Below, piece after piece: positions 20,700 through 31,610 of a DNA stretch of 64,000 nucleotides (position 1 is the first letter of the stretch; the number at the start of each line of letters is the position of its first letter). A program made the position numbers and the translations under genes. Origin of the DNA: an uncultured Acidobacteriaceae bacterium (GTDB lineage Bacteria; Acidobacteriota; Terriglobia; Terriglobales; Acidobacteriaceae); NCBI GenBank assembly GCA_963762375.1, contig CAVXKP010000006.1, forward strand, positions 27 through 64,026, in the 5' to 3' direction. A model generated the notes under the pieces. That model worked only from the letters and a program-made list of their open reading frames with translations, did no database searches and was not told the origin of the DNA.

Positions 20700-22409
20700 A
20701 TGCAGCCCTCGCGGCAGTGGCTTCCCCGTTCCATCCAGTGCCTGCGCGGCTATACCCTGAACGACCTCTCCCACGACCTCATCGCCGGCGTCACCGTCGG
20801 CCTCATCGCCCTTCCCCTCGCCATGGCCTTCGCCATCGCCTCGGGCGTGCCCCCGCAGGTCGGCCTCTACACCGCCGTCATCGCCGGCTTCCTCATCTCC
20901 GCGCTCGGCGGCTCGCGCACCCAGATCGGCGGCCCCACCGGCGCCTTCGTTATCATCGTCGCCGGTATCGTCGTCAAGTTCGGCATGGGCGGCCTCGCCC
21001 TGGTCGGCATCATGGCCGGCATCCTCCTGCTCGTCATGGGTCTCACCGGCCTCGGCTCCGCCGTCAAATACATCCCGCGCCCCGTCACCATCGGCTTCAC
21101 CAACGGCATCGCCCTGCTCATCGCCTCCACCCAGGTCAAAGACTTCCTCGGCCTCAGGACCCCGCCCGTCCCCAGCGACTTCCTCTCCCGCACCGAGATG
21201 CTCCTCCACGACGCCGCCACCGCGCGCTGGGAGACCGTCGCCGTCGGCGCCGCCTCGCTCGCCATCATCCTCCTCTGGCCCCGCTTCACCCGCCGCATCC
21301 CCGGCGCCATCGTCGCGCTGGTCCTCGCCACCGCCATAGCCGCTGCCTTCCATCTCCATCTCGAAACCATCGGCACCAAGTTCGGGGGAATCCCTCGCGG
21401 CCTTCCCCACATCGCTCTCCCCAGCTTCCGCGGCGTCCACTTCCTCCCGCTGCTGCCCTCGGCCTTCACCGTCGCCATGCTCGCCGCCGTCGAAAGCCTC
21501 CTCTCCGCCGTGGTCGCCGACGGCATGAGCGGCGATCATCACGACTCCAACATGGAGCTCATCGCCCAGGGCATCGCCAACATCGTCTCTCCCCTCTTCG
21601 GAGGCATGCCCGCCACCGGCGCCGTCGCCCGCACCGCCACCAACATCCGCTCCGGAGCCCACACCCCGGTCGCCGGCATCGTCCACGCCGCCACGCTGCT
21701 GCTCATCCTCCTCTTCGCCGCTCCCCTCGCCAGCTACGTCCCCCTCACCACCCTCGCCGCCGTGCTCTTCGTCGTCGCCTACAACATGGGAGAGTGGCGC
21801 GAGATCGCCACCATCTTCCGCCTCTCCAAAACCGAGATCGCCGTCTGGTTCACCACCTTCTCGCTCACCGTCTTCGCCGACCTCACCGTTGCCGTCGGCG
21901 TCGGCATGTCGCTCGCCGCGCTGCTCTACATCTATCGCGTCGCCGCCACCACCACCGTCGCTCCCGTCACCCGCGAATATCTCCGCGACGGCCAGGCGCA
22001 CATCCTCCAGGACAAGGAGATCCCCGCCAACGTCACCATCCTCCGCATCCACGGCCCCTTCCTCTTCGGCACCACCGAGAAGCTCGCCGAGGCCACCCGC
22101 GACCTCAAGCCGCTCGGCGACATCGTCATCCTCCGCCTGCGCAACATGACCGCACTCGATGCCACCGGCATCCACGCCTTCGAGCAGTTTCTGGCGCGCC
22201 TGCAAAAAACCCGCCGAACCCTCCTTCTCTGCGGAGCCCGCGACCAGCCCCGTCACATCATCTCCGGGTCCGACTTCCTCAAGCACATCGGCCCCGAAAA
22301 CGTCCTGCCCAACGTGCAGGCCGCCCTTGCCCGCGCCCGCGAGCTCCAGGGAAACTTCGAAGGCGTCGGCCCCGAAATCGCCCTCGAATTAGCCCGGCAC
22401 TCCACCTAG
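20700..22409 (+). CDS. SulP family anion transporter with STAS domain
   Basis: DLIAGVTVGLIALPLAMAFAIASG, IGGPTG, ELIAQG, GPFLFG, DATG. Confidence 0.93.
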   Translation: MQPSRQWLPRSIQCLRGYTLNDLSHDLIAGVTVGLIALPLAMAFAIASGVPPQVGLYTAVIAGFLISALGGSRTQIGGPTGAFVIIVAGIVVKFGMGGLALVGIMAGILLLVMGLTGLGSAVKYIPRPVTIGFTNGIALLIASTQVKDFLGLRTPPVPSDFLSRTEMLLHDAATARWETVAVGAASLAIILLWPRFTRRIPGAIVALVLATAIAAAFHLHLETIGTKFGGIPRGLPHIALPSFRGVHFLPLLPSAFTVAMLAAVESLLSAVVADGMSGDHHDSNMELIAQGIANIVSPLFGGMPATGAVARTATNIRSGAHTPVAGIVHAATLLLILLFAAPLASYVPLTTLAAVLFVVAYNMGEWREIATIFRLSKTEIAVWFTTFSLTVFADLTVAVGVGMSLAALLYIYRVAATTTVAPVTREYLRDGQAHILQDKEIPANVTILRIHGPFLFGTTEKLAEATRDLKPLGDIVILRLRNMTALDATGIHAFEQFLARLQKTRRTLLLCGARDQPRHIISGSDFLKHIGPENVLPNVQAALARARELQGNFEGVGPEIALELARHST

Positions 22410-22462
22410 CCGCCCACACCACCCCGTTCTCCGTCGCCGAACGCGGTAGCATCACAGGTACC

Positions 22463-23902
22463 ATGCCGCTCCAGACCGCCAACGTCATCGGCTCCGGCCC
22501 CAACGGCCTCTCCGCCGCCATCACCCTCGCGCAGCGCGGCGTCGCCGTCACCGTCTACGAGCGCAACGCCATCCCCGGCGGAGCCTGCTCCACCGCCGAG
22601 GTCACCCTCCCCGGCTTCCACCACGACCTCGGCTCCTCCTGCTACCCCATCGGCGTCGCTTCGCCCTTCTTCCGCAGCCTTCCCCTCGCCGACCACGGCC
22701 TGCGCTGGATCGAGCCGCCCACCCCCCTCGCCCATCCACTCGACGACGGCACCGCCGTCACGCTTGAACACGCATCCCAGACCCACGCCCTCGAAGCCAC
22801 CACCTCCCAGCTCACCCCGCACGACGCCGCCGCCTGGCGCTCGCTCTTCGGCGCCTCCGTGCGCAACTGGCCGCAGCTCGTCGAAGACTTCACCCAACCC
22901 CTGCTCCGCTTCCCCACCCATCCCGCCGCCATGGCCCTCTTCGGCCCTCCCGCGCTCATGCCCGCACAACTGCTGGCCACCACCGTCTTCCAGGACGAGC
23001 GCGCCCGCGCCCTCTTCGCCGGCTGTGCCGCCCACTCCGTCCTTCCCCTCACCCACCTTGCCAGCGCGGCCACCGGCATCGTCTTCGTCGCCGCCGGCCA
23101 CACCACCGGCTGGCCCATCGCCGCCGGAGGAGCGCAGTCCCTCACCAACGCCCTCGCCAGCTATCTCCACTCCCTCGGCGGCCGCATCCTCCTCAACGCC
23201 GACATCCAACACCTCACCGACCTCCCCGCCGCCGACGCCACCCTCTTCGACACCAGCGTCTCCTCGCTCATGCGCATCGCCAACACCGCCCTCACCCTCA
23301 GCTACCTCCAGAACCTCAGCAGCTTCCAGCGCGGCCCCGGCATCTTCAAGCTCGACTACGCGCTCAGCCAGCCCATCCCCTGGCGCTCCCCCGCCTGCTC
23401 CCGCGCCGCCACCGTCCACCTCGGCGGCACCCTCGCCGAAATCTCCCGCTCCGAGCACGACGCCTTCTACGGCCGCCTCAACGACCGTCCCTACGTCCTG
23501 CTCGTCCAGCCCAGCCTCTTCGACCCATCCCGTGCCCCGCAAGGCCAACACACTGCCTGGGCCTACTGCCACGTCCCCAACGGCTCCATCGTCGACCGCA
23601 CCGCCGTCATCGAAGCGCAAATCGAACGCTTTGCCCCCGGCTTCCGCGACTGCGTCCTCGCCCGCCGCGCCAGCAACGCCGAAGCCCTCGCCGACTGGAA
23701 TCCCAACCTCACCGGCGGCGACATCTCCGGAGGCGCCATGACGCTCTCCCAACTTCTCTTCCGCCCCACCTCCCGCGGCTATCGCACCAGCAATCCCAGC
23801 GTCTATCTCTGCAGCTCCTCCACCCCTCCCGGCGGAGGAGTCCACGGCATGTGCGGCCACCTCGCCGCCCTCGCCGCCTATCGCGACCTCGGGCCCCGCT
23901 GA
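22463..23902 (+). CDS. FAD-dependent oxidoreductase (phytoene desaturase-like)
   Basis: VIGSGPNGLSAA, WAYCHVP, CSSSTPPGGGVHGMCG. Confidence 0.88.
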   Translation: MPLQTANVIGSGPNGLSAAITLAQRGVAVTVYERNAIPGGACSTAEVTLPGFHHDLGSSCYPIGVASPFFRSLPLADHGLRWIEPPTPLAHPLDDGTAVTLEHASQTHALEATTSQLTPHDAAAWRSLFGASVRNWPQLVEDFTQPLLRFPTHPAAMALFGPPALMPAQLLATTVFQDERARALFAGCAAHSVLPLTHLASAATGIVFVAAGHTTGWPIAAGGAQSLTNALASYLHSLGGRILLNADIQHLTDLPAADATLFDTSVSSLMRIANTALTLSYLQNLSSFQRGPGIFKLDYALSQPIPWRSPACSRAATVHLGGTLAEISRSEHDAFYGRLNDRPYVLLVQPSLFDPSRAPQGQHTAWAYCHVPNGSIVDRTAVIEAQIERFAPGFRDCVLARRASNAEALADWNPNLTGGDISGGAMTLSQLLFRPTSRGYRTSNPSVYLCSSSTPPGGGVHGMCGHLAALAAYRDLGPR

Positions 23903-23909
23903 TCTGCCG

Positions 23910-25394
23910 TTGACGGCGTCTCCGCCGCAAGCAACAATCGCTCTACCCATCTCCCGCAACAGGAAAGGCAGCCCCTTGTCCGAGTTGACGCCCGATCTCT
24001 CCCCCGCTTCGATCGACGACCCGCCCTCCGCTCCCGCTCCACCCACCACTCCTGAATCCCCCCATCTCGCAGCAACCCATCTCGCCGCCCCCAGCCCCCG
24101 CCGCTGGTCCTTCGCCACCCGCCTCGCCTTCCGCTTCTCCTTCTGCTACCTCCTGATCTACGCGCTCTGCTGCGGCAACGCGACCCTCTGGGAGGTCATC
24201 CCCTTCCACGTCGGCGAGTCCATCAACCGGTGGCTCTCCCGCCCCTTCTTCCTCTCCGCCCAGTGGCTCGGCCAACACCTCTTCCATCTCACCGGCGTCG
24301 GCGCCAGGCTCCACCGCACCGGCTCCGGCGATACCATCCTCTACTGGATCGCCACCGGCATCATGCTCGCCGTCGCCATCCTCATCACCCTCCTCTGGAC
24401 CGCCTCCGCCGAGCTCCGCAGCCCCGCTCGCCGCAGCCTCGCCTACCCCCGCCTCTTCTTCTGGTTCCGCCTCATCCTCCGCCTCACCCTCGGCGTCGCC
24501 ATGATCAACTACGGCCTCGCCAAGCTCTTCCCCCTCCAGATGCCCCCTCCCTCCCTCGCCGTGCTCAACGAGCCCCTCGGCAACACCTCCCCGATGACCA
24601 TGCTCTGGACCCTCATCGGCCTCAACCCCGTCTACGAGATGATCTGCGGCGCCGCCGAACTCAGCGCCGGCCTCCTCATCCTCTTCCGCCGCACCGGCCT
24701 TCTCGGCGAGCTCCTCACCGCCTTCCTCGCCACCAACATCGTCCTCTATAACTTCTGCTTCGACGTCCCCGTCAAGCTCTACGCCGCGCACCTCGTCCTC
24801 ATGTCCATCGCGCTCATCGTTCCCGACATGCCCACCCTCTTCAACTTCTTCTTCCTCCACCGCCCCTCCAAGCCCATCGACGGCTGGGTCAAGCCCGCCC
24901 GCCGCTACGGCCTTCGCGCCGAAACCATCTGCGTCATCGTCACCCTGCTCCTGGCGATCGTGCCGCCAGCCTTCCAACTGCAGGATGCCTACGCGCAGCA
25001 GCTCGCCAGCCAGCGCCACCCTCCCCCGCTCACCGGCCAGTGGCATCTCACCTCGGCCACCAAACCCTACCTCACCGGCGACGGCCTGCCCCTGACCGAC
25101 ATCTTCCTCGAGCCCACCGGACGCACCATGCTGCGCGACTCCGCCACCGTCCTCTGGCGCGCTCACGCCGAACCCGACGACAAGAAGCACACCTTCTTCC
25201 TCGTCACCGCGGTGAACGATCCCATCACCTACGCCATGACCCAGCCCGACCCCGCCCACCTCGTCCTCAAACCCACCGGCGACGCCGCCAAGACCGCCGG
25301 CACCCTCACCCTCGCCCGCGTCCCACTCCCCTCCCACTACCCCCTGCTCGACCGCGGCTTCCACTTCGTCAACGAGTGGGGCCTCGAACGCTGA
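23910..25394 (+). CDS. DoxX-like multi-pass membrane protein (start uncertain)
   Basis: GSGDT, YGLAKLFPLQMP, SPMTMLWT, NFCFDVPVK. Confidence 0.75.
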   Translation: MTASPPQATIALPISRNRKGSPLSELTPDLSPASIDDPPSAPAPPTTPESPHLAATHLAAPSPRRWSFATRLAFRFSFCYLLIYALCCGNATLWEVIPFHVGESINRWLSRPFFLSAQWLGQHLFHLTGVGARLHRTGSGDTILYWIATGIMLAVAILITLLWTASAELRSPARRSLAYPRLFFWFRLILRLTLGVAMINYGLAKLFPLQMPPPSLAVLNEPLGNTSPMTMLWTLIGLNPVYEMICGAAELSAGLLILFRRTGLLGELLTAFLATNIVLYNFCFDVPVKLYAAHLVLMSIALIVPDMPTLFNFFFLHRPSKPIDGWVKPARRYGLRAETICVIVTLLLAIVPPAFQLQDAYAQQLASQRHPPPLTGQWHLTSATKPYLTGDGLPLTDIFLEPTGRTMLRDSATVLWRAHAEPDDKKHTFFLVTAVNDPITYAMTQPDPAHLVLKPTGDAAKTAGTLTLARVPLPSHYPLLDRGFHFVNEWGLER

Positions 25395-25432
25395 TCCACC
25401 CCCACGCCCCCCCTGAAGCCTCAAACCTCAAA

Positions 25433-25463
25433 CAAAAACGCCCGCGAGATCTCTCGCGGGCGT
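25433..25463. terminator. terminator between convergent genes
   Basis: ACGCCCGCGAGA-tc-TCTCGCGGGCGT preceded by an A run. Confidence 0.75.
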
Positions 25464-25483
25464 CCTCTTCGTTCTTCGAAATC

Positions 25484-26092
25484 CTAAGCGCTCGGTGCCT
25501 CGGTGGGAGCCGCTGGAGCCTTCACCTTCGGCGCTGCCGGAGGCTGCTGCACCTCTGCCTTCTTCGCCGGAGCCAGGATCGCATGCAGCGTCGTTCCTTC
25601 CATGCGCGGCATGAACTCCACCGTGCCCGCATCGCCGATGTCCATAATCAACCGGTTGATGATCTTGTACCCGAGATCGCGGTGCGCCATCTGCCGGCCC
25701 TTGAACCGCAGGCTGGCCTTTACCTTGTCGCCATCGCCAAGAAACCGCACTGCCTGGTTCTTCTTGGTCTGGTAGTCATGCTCATCGACCGTAACCGAGA
25801 ACTTGACCTCTTTGATGACAATAACCTTCTGCTTCTTGCGCGCCGCGCGCTCGCTCTTGTCTTTCTCGTACAGATACTTGCCGTAGTCCTGGATCTTGCA
25901 CACCGGAGGTACGGCATTGGGCGAGATCTCCACCAGGTCAAGCGAGCGCTCGCGGGCCATCTTCAAGGCCTCAAACGGAGCCATCACTCCCAGTTGTTCG
26001 CCGTTCTCATCAATGACGCGTACTTCGCGCGCGCGGATGCGTTCGTTGGTGCGGATAAAGGATTTAGCGGAGCGTTTATCTAACGGTGGAAT
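25484..26092 (-). CDS. infC: translation initiation factor IF-3 with AUU start
   Basis: RTNERIRAREVRVIDENGEQLG, DYGKY, FKGRQMAH; GGAGG-N6-ATT start codon. Confidence 0.95.
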   Translation of the reverse strand: MPPLDKRSAKSFIRTNERIRAREVRVIDENGEQLGVMAPFEALKMARERSLDLVEISPNAVPPVCKIQDYGKYLYEKDKSERAARKKQKVIVIKEVKFSVTVDEHDYQTKKNQAVRFLGDGDKVKASLRFKGRQMAHRDLGYKIINRLIMDIGDAGTVEFMPRMEGTTLHAILAPAKKAEVQQPPAAPKVKAPAAPTEAPSA

Positions 26093-26637
26093 ATTTAGCC
26101 TCCACGGCTCGCAGTCTCTGCAGCCATGTTTTGAGAAATTGGTTTGGGCTTCCGCTCAATGCGGCAGAAACCGGAGCACTCGCGAGTATAGCATTCGCGC
26201 AGTGCGGTTTATGTGCCGGGGGACATGCTGGCAGCGGGCACACATGACGGCGATCGCTGATCCCGTACTCCATGATACAGCGCACGCCTCAGAAATGCTC
26301 CAGTGAAACGACTTAGTTGGAGAAATTCGAGCTTCTGGCCCCGTCGCGCGCTTCTATGGCTCTGAACGTCCTCCCGCAACCCCATGGATGCACCGCAGTC
26401 CCTCCCGACCACCCCCTCGCCAGGGATTCCAGCTTCCGTGACCCCCGGCGCTCAGCGTTTCTGACGAATTTGTCATGGATATAGCACACCCGCCGTGGGT
26501 CGTCTAATTACTTTTGTTAATCGGAGATAAAACGTGGCGCATCTAAATTTTCGTTCCTGTTCGGTTTTTGTTGGGCTCCAATTCATGCTTTGCCCTCCCC
26601 AAGCCATGTGAGCAGGTTCGAGCTGAAAGGGGTTTAA

Positions 26638-28095
26638 ATGTTTTTGGTAAGCAACAGGGCCAAGTCGAGCAGTAACAGGATGTGTTTCACAACAGGACGA
26701 GTATTCGCAGGACTGGGGCTGGCAGCAACCCTGCTGCTGAGCTCAAACGCCAGGGCCCAAATGTCAGGAGATAACCCCCGGGCCGTCACCTATACCGACT
26801 ATCCCGGAATTCGCGGCAAAGTAGCTCCGCTGCAGTGGTCCAAGCTGCCCAGCTGGATGACCGTGGATTTCTACCTGCGCGGTCGTTTGGAGAGCCAAAG
26901 CTCCGACGACTACGTCTCCGGCAACGAGCAAACCTACGTCCTCACCCGCGTCTGGGGAGGCCTCCAGATCCGTCCCACCCCGTGGCTGACCGGCTACATC
27001 CAGTTCATGGACACCCACGCCCCCGGTGAGCCCGCAAAGTACGCCGCGTCCAACATGCGCGACACCTTCGACGACCGCCAGGCCTTCCTCGAGTTTCACA
27101 AGACCTTCGACAGGGTTCCCGTGAAGATCATCGCCGGACGCCAGGAGCTGCGCTACGGCAACGAGCGCCTCGTCGGTATCAGCGACTGGACCAACAACAG
27201 CCGCACCTGGGATGGTTTCCTCGGCCGCATCGGCGATAAGAACCGCATCGACTTCTTCAGCACCTCCGTCGTGACCGTCCACCCAACCTCGCTCGATACC
27301 CATGGCGCCGGCCTTAACTTCGACGGCGCCGTCGGTACCATCACCACCTGGGTCCCCCACACGGTCCTCATGCCCTTCGTCTACGTCAAGGCATTGCCCA
27401 GGGTCGAAGGCCTGCAATCCACCTACGGCACCGAGACTGAAGTGACCCCGGGAGGAGAGGTCTCCGGCAGGTATCCTGGCGGCTTCAACTTCGACGTCCT
27501 CGGAGCCCTCCAGCGCGGCAGCTATGCCAACGATTCGATCAGCGCCGCTGCCGGCATCGTGAAAGCCGGGTACACCTCGCAGAAGCTCTACTGGAAGCCC
27601 CGCCTGCTCGGCGAGTACGACTACGCCTCCGGCAACCCCCACACCAACCCGACCCGCTGGGGGACCTTCGACCAGCAGTACCCCAGCAATCACAATGCCT
27701 TCGGATTGGTCGATTTGTTCGGCCTCCAGAACATCAAGCAGGAGCGCGTCAACCTCGACCTGACCCCCACCAAGCCCCTCACCCTCCTCATCCAGCAGGA
27801 GTGGCTGCAGGCCTCGTCCACTATGGATAACATCTACGCGGGCGCCGGCACCGTCGCCGTCGCCGCACCCGTCGGCGGCTTCCACAGCGACGACATCGGC
27901 CGTGAGTTCGATATCTCGGGTAAATATGTCATCCATGACGACTGGGTCATCAACGCCGGCGTCGGCCACTTCTCCACCGGAGCCCTGATGAGGGAAAACG
28001 CCCACGGAGCTCCGCTGACCATCTCCTACCTGTCCCTCACCTACCGTTTCAAGGTGAACCACTCCAACGCAACCACCTCCGACTCAGACCAATAG
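26638..28095 (+). CDS. alginate-export (AlgE-like) outer-membrane beta-barrel (start may be 26680)
   Basis: Signal peptide; GRQELRYGNERLVG..DWTN..RTWDG; EYDYASG; TFDQQYPSNH. Confidence 0.8.
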   Translation: MFLVSNRAKSSSNRMCFTTGRVFAGLGLAATLLLSSNARAQMSGDNPRAVTYTDYPGIRGKVAPLQWSKLPSWMTVDFYLRGRLESQSSDDYVSGNEQTYVLTRVWGGLQIRPTPWLTGYIQFMDTHAPGEPAKYAASNMRDTFDDRQAFLEFHKTFDRVPVKIIAGRQELRYGNERLVGISDWTNNSRTWDGFLGRIGDKNRIDFFSTSVVTVHPTSLDTHGAGLNFDGAVGTITTWVPHTVLMPFVYVKALPRVEGLQSTYGTETEVTPGGEVSGRYPGGFNFDVLGALQRGSYANDSISAAAGIVKAGYTSQKLYWKPRLLGEYDYASGNPHTNPTRWGTFDQQYPSNHNAFGLVDLFGLQNIKQERVNLDLTPTKPLTLLIQQEWLQASSTMDNIYAGAGTVAVAAPVGGFHSDDIGREFDISGKYVIHDDWVINAGVGHFSTGALMRENAHGAPLTISYLSLTYRFKVNHSNATTSDSDQ

Positions 28096-28255
28096 CCAGG
28101 ACAACCCCACCAGCCCTTGCATGGCCAGCCGCAAGCTGCGACCATAACTGGGCTGGTGTCTGACTTGTGCATCGAAACCAGGATCACGCTCCAGCGCGGA
28201 CGCCGAAGGCAACAAAACCTTCGCTGTCCGCGCTGGACCTTTAGGAGAGACTCCC

Positions 28256-28795
28256 TTGGCGAAGCGCCGCGTTCTACTCGTCGACGATGAAGTAACCGTT
28301 CTGCTTACCCTGAAAACTGTCCTCGAGATCAGCGGATTTGAAGTGGACACCGCCGCCAGCGCTCGCGAAGCGCGCTCCCGGATCAAGCTCCGCGAGTACC
28401 AGATGGTCATCACCGACATGCGCATGGAGAGCGACGCCGCCGGCCGCGAGGTCATCCAGGCCGCCCGCACCGCTCCCTATCACCCCGCCGTCGCCCTCCT
28501 CACCGCCTTCCCCGACGACGACTGGGCCGACATCGGCGCCGACAAGATGCTCGTCAAGCCCATGCAGACCGCCGTCCTCATCCGCCAGATCGAGAAGATG
28601 ATGGATGCCCATGCCGCCAAGCTGCAGCGTCTCGCCAACAGCGCCGCCGCCCCCTCTGCGGCGGATGCCAAGGCCGCCCGCACCGCCGCCCCCGCGAAGA
28701 AAAAGTCCGCGGCCAAGCGCCTCGCCAGCAAGAAACTCCCCGCCAAGACCCCGATCGCCCGCAAGAAGGTCGCCACCAAAAAGCGCAAGCGCTAG
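28256..28795 (+). CDS. receiver-domain response regulator with Lys-rich tail
   Basis: LLVDDE, VITDMRM, LLTAF, KP; TTG start after AGGAG. Confidence 0.85.
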   Translation: MAKRRVLLVDDEVTVLLTLKTVLEISGFEVDTAASAREARSRIKLREYQMVITDMRMESDAAGREVIQAARTAPYHPAVALLTAFPDDDWADIGADKMLVKPMQTAVLIRQIEKMMDAHAAKLQRLANSAAAPSAADAKAARTAAPAKKKSAAKRLASKKLPAKTPIARKKVATKKRKR

Positions 28796-28831
28796 CCTCC
28801 TGGTCAGGAAGCGCTGGCGCAGCCTCAGGCC

Positions 28832-28864
28832 GGGTACCCCATGTCTCGCCTCTGCGACATGGGT
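28832..28864 (+). repeat. GGGT(G/A)CCCCA-type REP-like palindrome, followed by the polar motif at 28884-28900
   Basis: gggtaccccatgtctcgcctctgcgacatgggt. Confidence 0.75.
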
Positions 28865-28900
28865 TCGCGGACTCTCCGCGCCGCGCCGTCCGCGCAGGAC

Positions 28901-29842
28901 TCACCCAAGCGCCGGATAGTGCACCCCTGTCAGCTCCTCCGATACCGCCCACAGCCGCTCACCCACCGCCACATCCAGCGCCTGCGGACGAGGCTGCACC
29001 ACCACCGGCGCACCCTTCAGCTCCCCGAATCCATCCGGCCCAATGTACTCGCCGCCCCGCGCGTCCGGCGACGTGGCCGCGTACAGCGTCGGCAGCGCGC
29101 CCGCATCGTCCTTCTGCATCAGCACCGGCGCCAGCACCTTCACCGCAATCGCCTTCAGATTGTTCTCGCCTGGCCCGTTCGCAAAGATGCTGGTCGTCGA
29201 CACCCCCGGATGCACCGCCAGACTCAACAGCCGGCTGTGCGCCGCCCTCGCCCTCCGGTCCAGCTCCTTCGCAAACAGAATATTCGCCAGCTTGGACGCC
29301 CCGTACGCGTCCCAACCCTTCCCTTTGTAGCTGCGCTCGCTCTGCAGGTTGTCAAACGCAATCTTTCCGTTGCGGTGTGCCAGCGACGCCACCGTCACCA
29401 CCCGCGGCGCCGGCGCAGCCAACAGCGCAGGCAGCAGCAGCCCGGTCAGCGCAAAGTGCCCCAGGTGATTGGTGCCGAACTGGCGCTCAAAGCCGTCTTC
29501 CGTGAGCTCACGCTCCGGCAGAGCCATCACGCCCGCGTTGTTGATCAGCAGATCCAGTGCGATCCCCCGCGCCAGAAACGCCGCAGCGAACGCGCGGATC
29601 GACGCCAGCGACGCCATATCCAGCGCTACCACCTCCGCGCTCGCCCCCGGCACCTCCCGCTGCAGCCGCTCCAGCGCCGCTCGGCCCTTCGCCTCATTGC
29701 GGCATCCCAGCAGCACATGCGCTCCGTGGCGCGCCAGCTCCAGCGCCGCCTGGTACCCGATACCGCTGTTCGCACCCGTCACCAGCGCCGTCCTTCCCGC
29801 CTGCGACGGAATCTGCTGCGCAGTCCACTTTCCCTGTGCCAT
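28901..29842 (-). CDS. SDR oxidoreductase (retinol dehydrogenase-like)
   Basis: TGANSGIG, NNAGVM, FGTNHLGHF, YGASKLAN, HPG. Confidence 0.9.
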   Translation of the reverse strand: MAQGKWTAQQIPSQAGRTALVTGANSGIGYQAALELARHGAHVLLGCRNEAKGRAALERLQREVPGASAEVVALDMASLASIRAFAAAFLARGIALDLLINNAGVMALPERELTEDGFERQFGTNHLGHFALTGLLLPALLAAPAPRVVTVASLAHRNGKIAFDNLQSERSYKGKGWDAYGASKLANILFAKELDRRARAAHSRLLSLAVHPGVSTTSIFANGPGENNLKAIAVKVLAPVLMQKDDAGALPTLYAATSPDARGGEYIGPDGFGELKGAPVVVQPRPQALDVAVGERLWAVSEELTGVHYPALG

Positions 29843-30106
29843 ACTGTTGCCTCCACTTGGACCGGCGCTGCGCCGGTGCTCCCAAGATGCTACCAGCCGC
29901 CTTCGTCCTGCACGACTCGCTTGTCTCGCATCCAAACCACTTAGACTGTTCGTTGTAATACCAATTTGCATACGAATTTGAGGGCGCTGGTAAACCTTAT
30001 TGACTGCCTTTACAATCAAAGGGGCGTGTTCTCAGGTAGTATCTTGATTGCTGAGCCTTTCGTGGGCCAAGGGCGATTTTGTTAAATAATTGGGAAGGGT
30101 TCACTG

Positions 30107-30928
30107 ATGAAACTTAGTGCACGAATGACCGCAAGTGCAGCGCTGCTACTGGTTCTGGGCAGTACAGTGGGATGCACCAAACTCAAGGCACGCGACCAGC
30201 TCGTCAAGGGCGTTCAGGCCTTCAAGTCGGGCAAGTACGAGGAAGCTGTCGATTACTTCCAAAAGTCGGTGGCACTGGATCCGACGAGCGCCGAAAGCCA
30301 TCTCTACCTGGCCACCGCGTATAGCTACCAGGTAGTTCCCGATCTCACCACGCCCGAGAATCTCGCGATCGCGCAAAAGGCACTCGACGGCTTCAACGCC
30401 GTGCTCGCCCAGAACCCCAACGACCTCGATGCCCTCCGTCAGATCGCCTCCATCGATCGCAACATCCACAAGTACGACAAGGCCAAGCAGGACGAGCTGA
30501 AGATCATCGCCCTCGATCCCCATGATGCCGACGCCAACTACACCATCGGTGTGATCGACTGGACCGAGGCCTACAAGAACGCTACCGACACCCTCGGTGC
30601 CGCCGGCCTCCAGGATGACGGCGAAGGCAACGTCAAGAAGTCCAAGGCCGTCTGCGAGAAACTCGTCTCGCAGAACACCGACCTCGTCAATGACGCCCTC
30701 AAGTACCTGCAACAGGCCGTCAACATCAATCCCAACTACGACGCCGCCATGTCCTTCCTCAACCTCACCTACCGTCGCAAGGCCGATATGGAGTGCGGCG
30801 ACGATGCCGCCCGCAAGGCCGACCTTGCCCAGGCAGATGAGTGGGTCCAGAGAGCGATGGGCGCTCGCAAGGCCAACGAGGCAGCCAAAGAGAAAGCCGC
30901 TGCGCACGGCGGAATCACTCCTCAGTAA
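30107..30928 (+). CDS. TPR-repeat lipoprotein
   Basis: Lipobox TVGC; TPR helices. Confidence 0.8.
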   Translation: MKLSARMTASAALLLVLGSTVGCTKLKARDQLVKGVQAFKSGKYEEAVDYFQKSVALDPTSAESHLYLATAYSYQVVPDLTTPENLAIAQKALDGFNAVLAQNPNDLDALRQIASIDRNIHKYDKAKQDELKIIALDPHDADANYTIGVIDWTEAYKNATDTLGAAGLQDDGEGNVKKSKAVCEKLVSQNTDLVNDALKYLQQAVNINPNYDAAMSFLNLTYRRKADMECGDDAARKADLAQADEWVQRAMGARKANEAAKEKAAAHGGITPQ

Positions 30929-30969
30929 GCTCCTCCTTCCATCGAGCCTTCGCTCAAGCCAAACCAAAG

Positions 30970-30999
30970 AGGCCTCCCCCACGGGAGGCCTTCTTGTTT
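30970..30999 (+). terminator. intrinsic terminator
   Basis: AGGCCTCCC-ccac-GGGAGGCCT-TCTTGTTT. Confidence 0.75.
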
Positions 31000-31079
31000 C
31001 TGCCGGCATCCCCATCGGCGCGGCTGTTCTTTCACGCGCTGTTAACCTAAGCCCCCACCAGAATTTCTATGCTTGGGGG

Positions 31080-31424
31080 ATGTCCAAGGATCAGCTCGAA
31101 TACTCCTTCCAGCCCACCAGCAATCCCCGCTGCACCGTGCTCACCCTGCAGGGCGGCCTCACCTTGGCCCACATCTTCGAACTTCAAAACCAGCTCCGGG
31201 ACCTCGATGCCGACCTCTTGATCGTCGACTGCACGGCGCTCGAGTATATGGACTCCGCCGGCCTGGGCGTCATCGTCAACTTCTATGTCTCGCAGTCGGA
31301 CAAAGGTCGCAAGGTGGCCATCGTCGGCATCTCCGATCGCGTCTGGGCGCTCTTCACCTCCACCCGCGTCGATCAGTTCTTCTCCCGCTTCCCATCCGTC
31401 GAAGCGGCCGTCAGCAGCCTCTAG
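31080..31424 (+). CDS. STAS domain anti-sigma factor antagonist
   Basis: LIVDCTALEYMDSAGLG. Confidence 0.88.
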   Translation: MSKDQLEYSFQPTSNPRCTVLTLQGGLTLAHIFELQNQLRDLDADLLIVDCTALEYMDSAGLGVIVNFYVSQSDKGRKVAIVGISDRVWALFTSTRVDQFFSRFPSVEAAVSSL

Positions 31425-31610
31425 CTAGCCACGTCTGCCGCCCCGCACCCAGGCCACCCCGCGGCGTGGGCCGCCGTGCGTTTAAGCAGCCCCGCCGCGC
31501 ACCCTCTCATCCCAAACGCAAAAGCGCCCCACCCAGCGGCAATCAATCTGCCGCGAGGATGGAGCGCCTCACGCTTGCTACCTGCCTGCAAAGCCTGACT
31601 GCGGCCGAGG

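Noticed and set aside
26280..26640. Sigma54 promoter upstream of the AlgE-like porin
   Set aside because: GG...GC spacing does not fit the required -24/-12 geometry.
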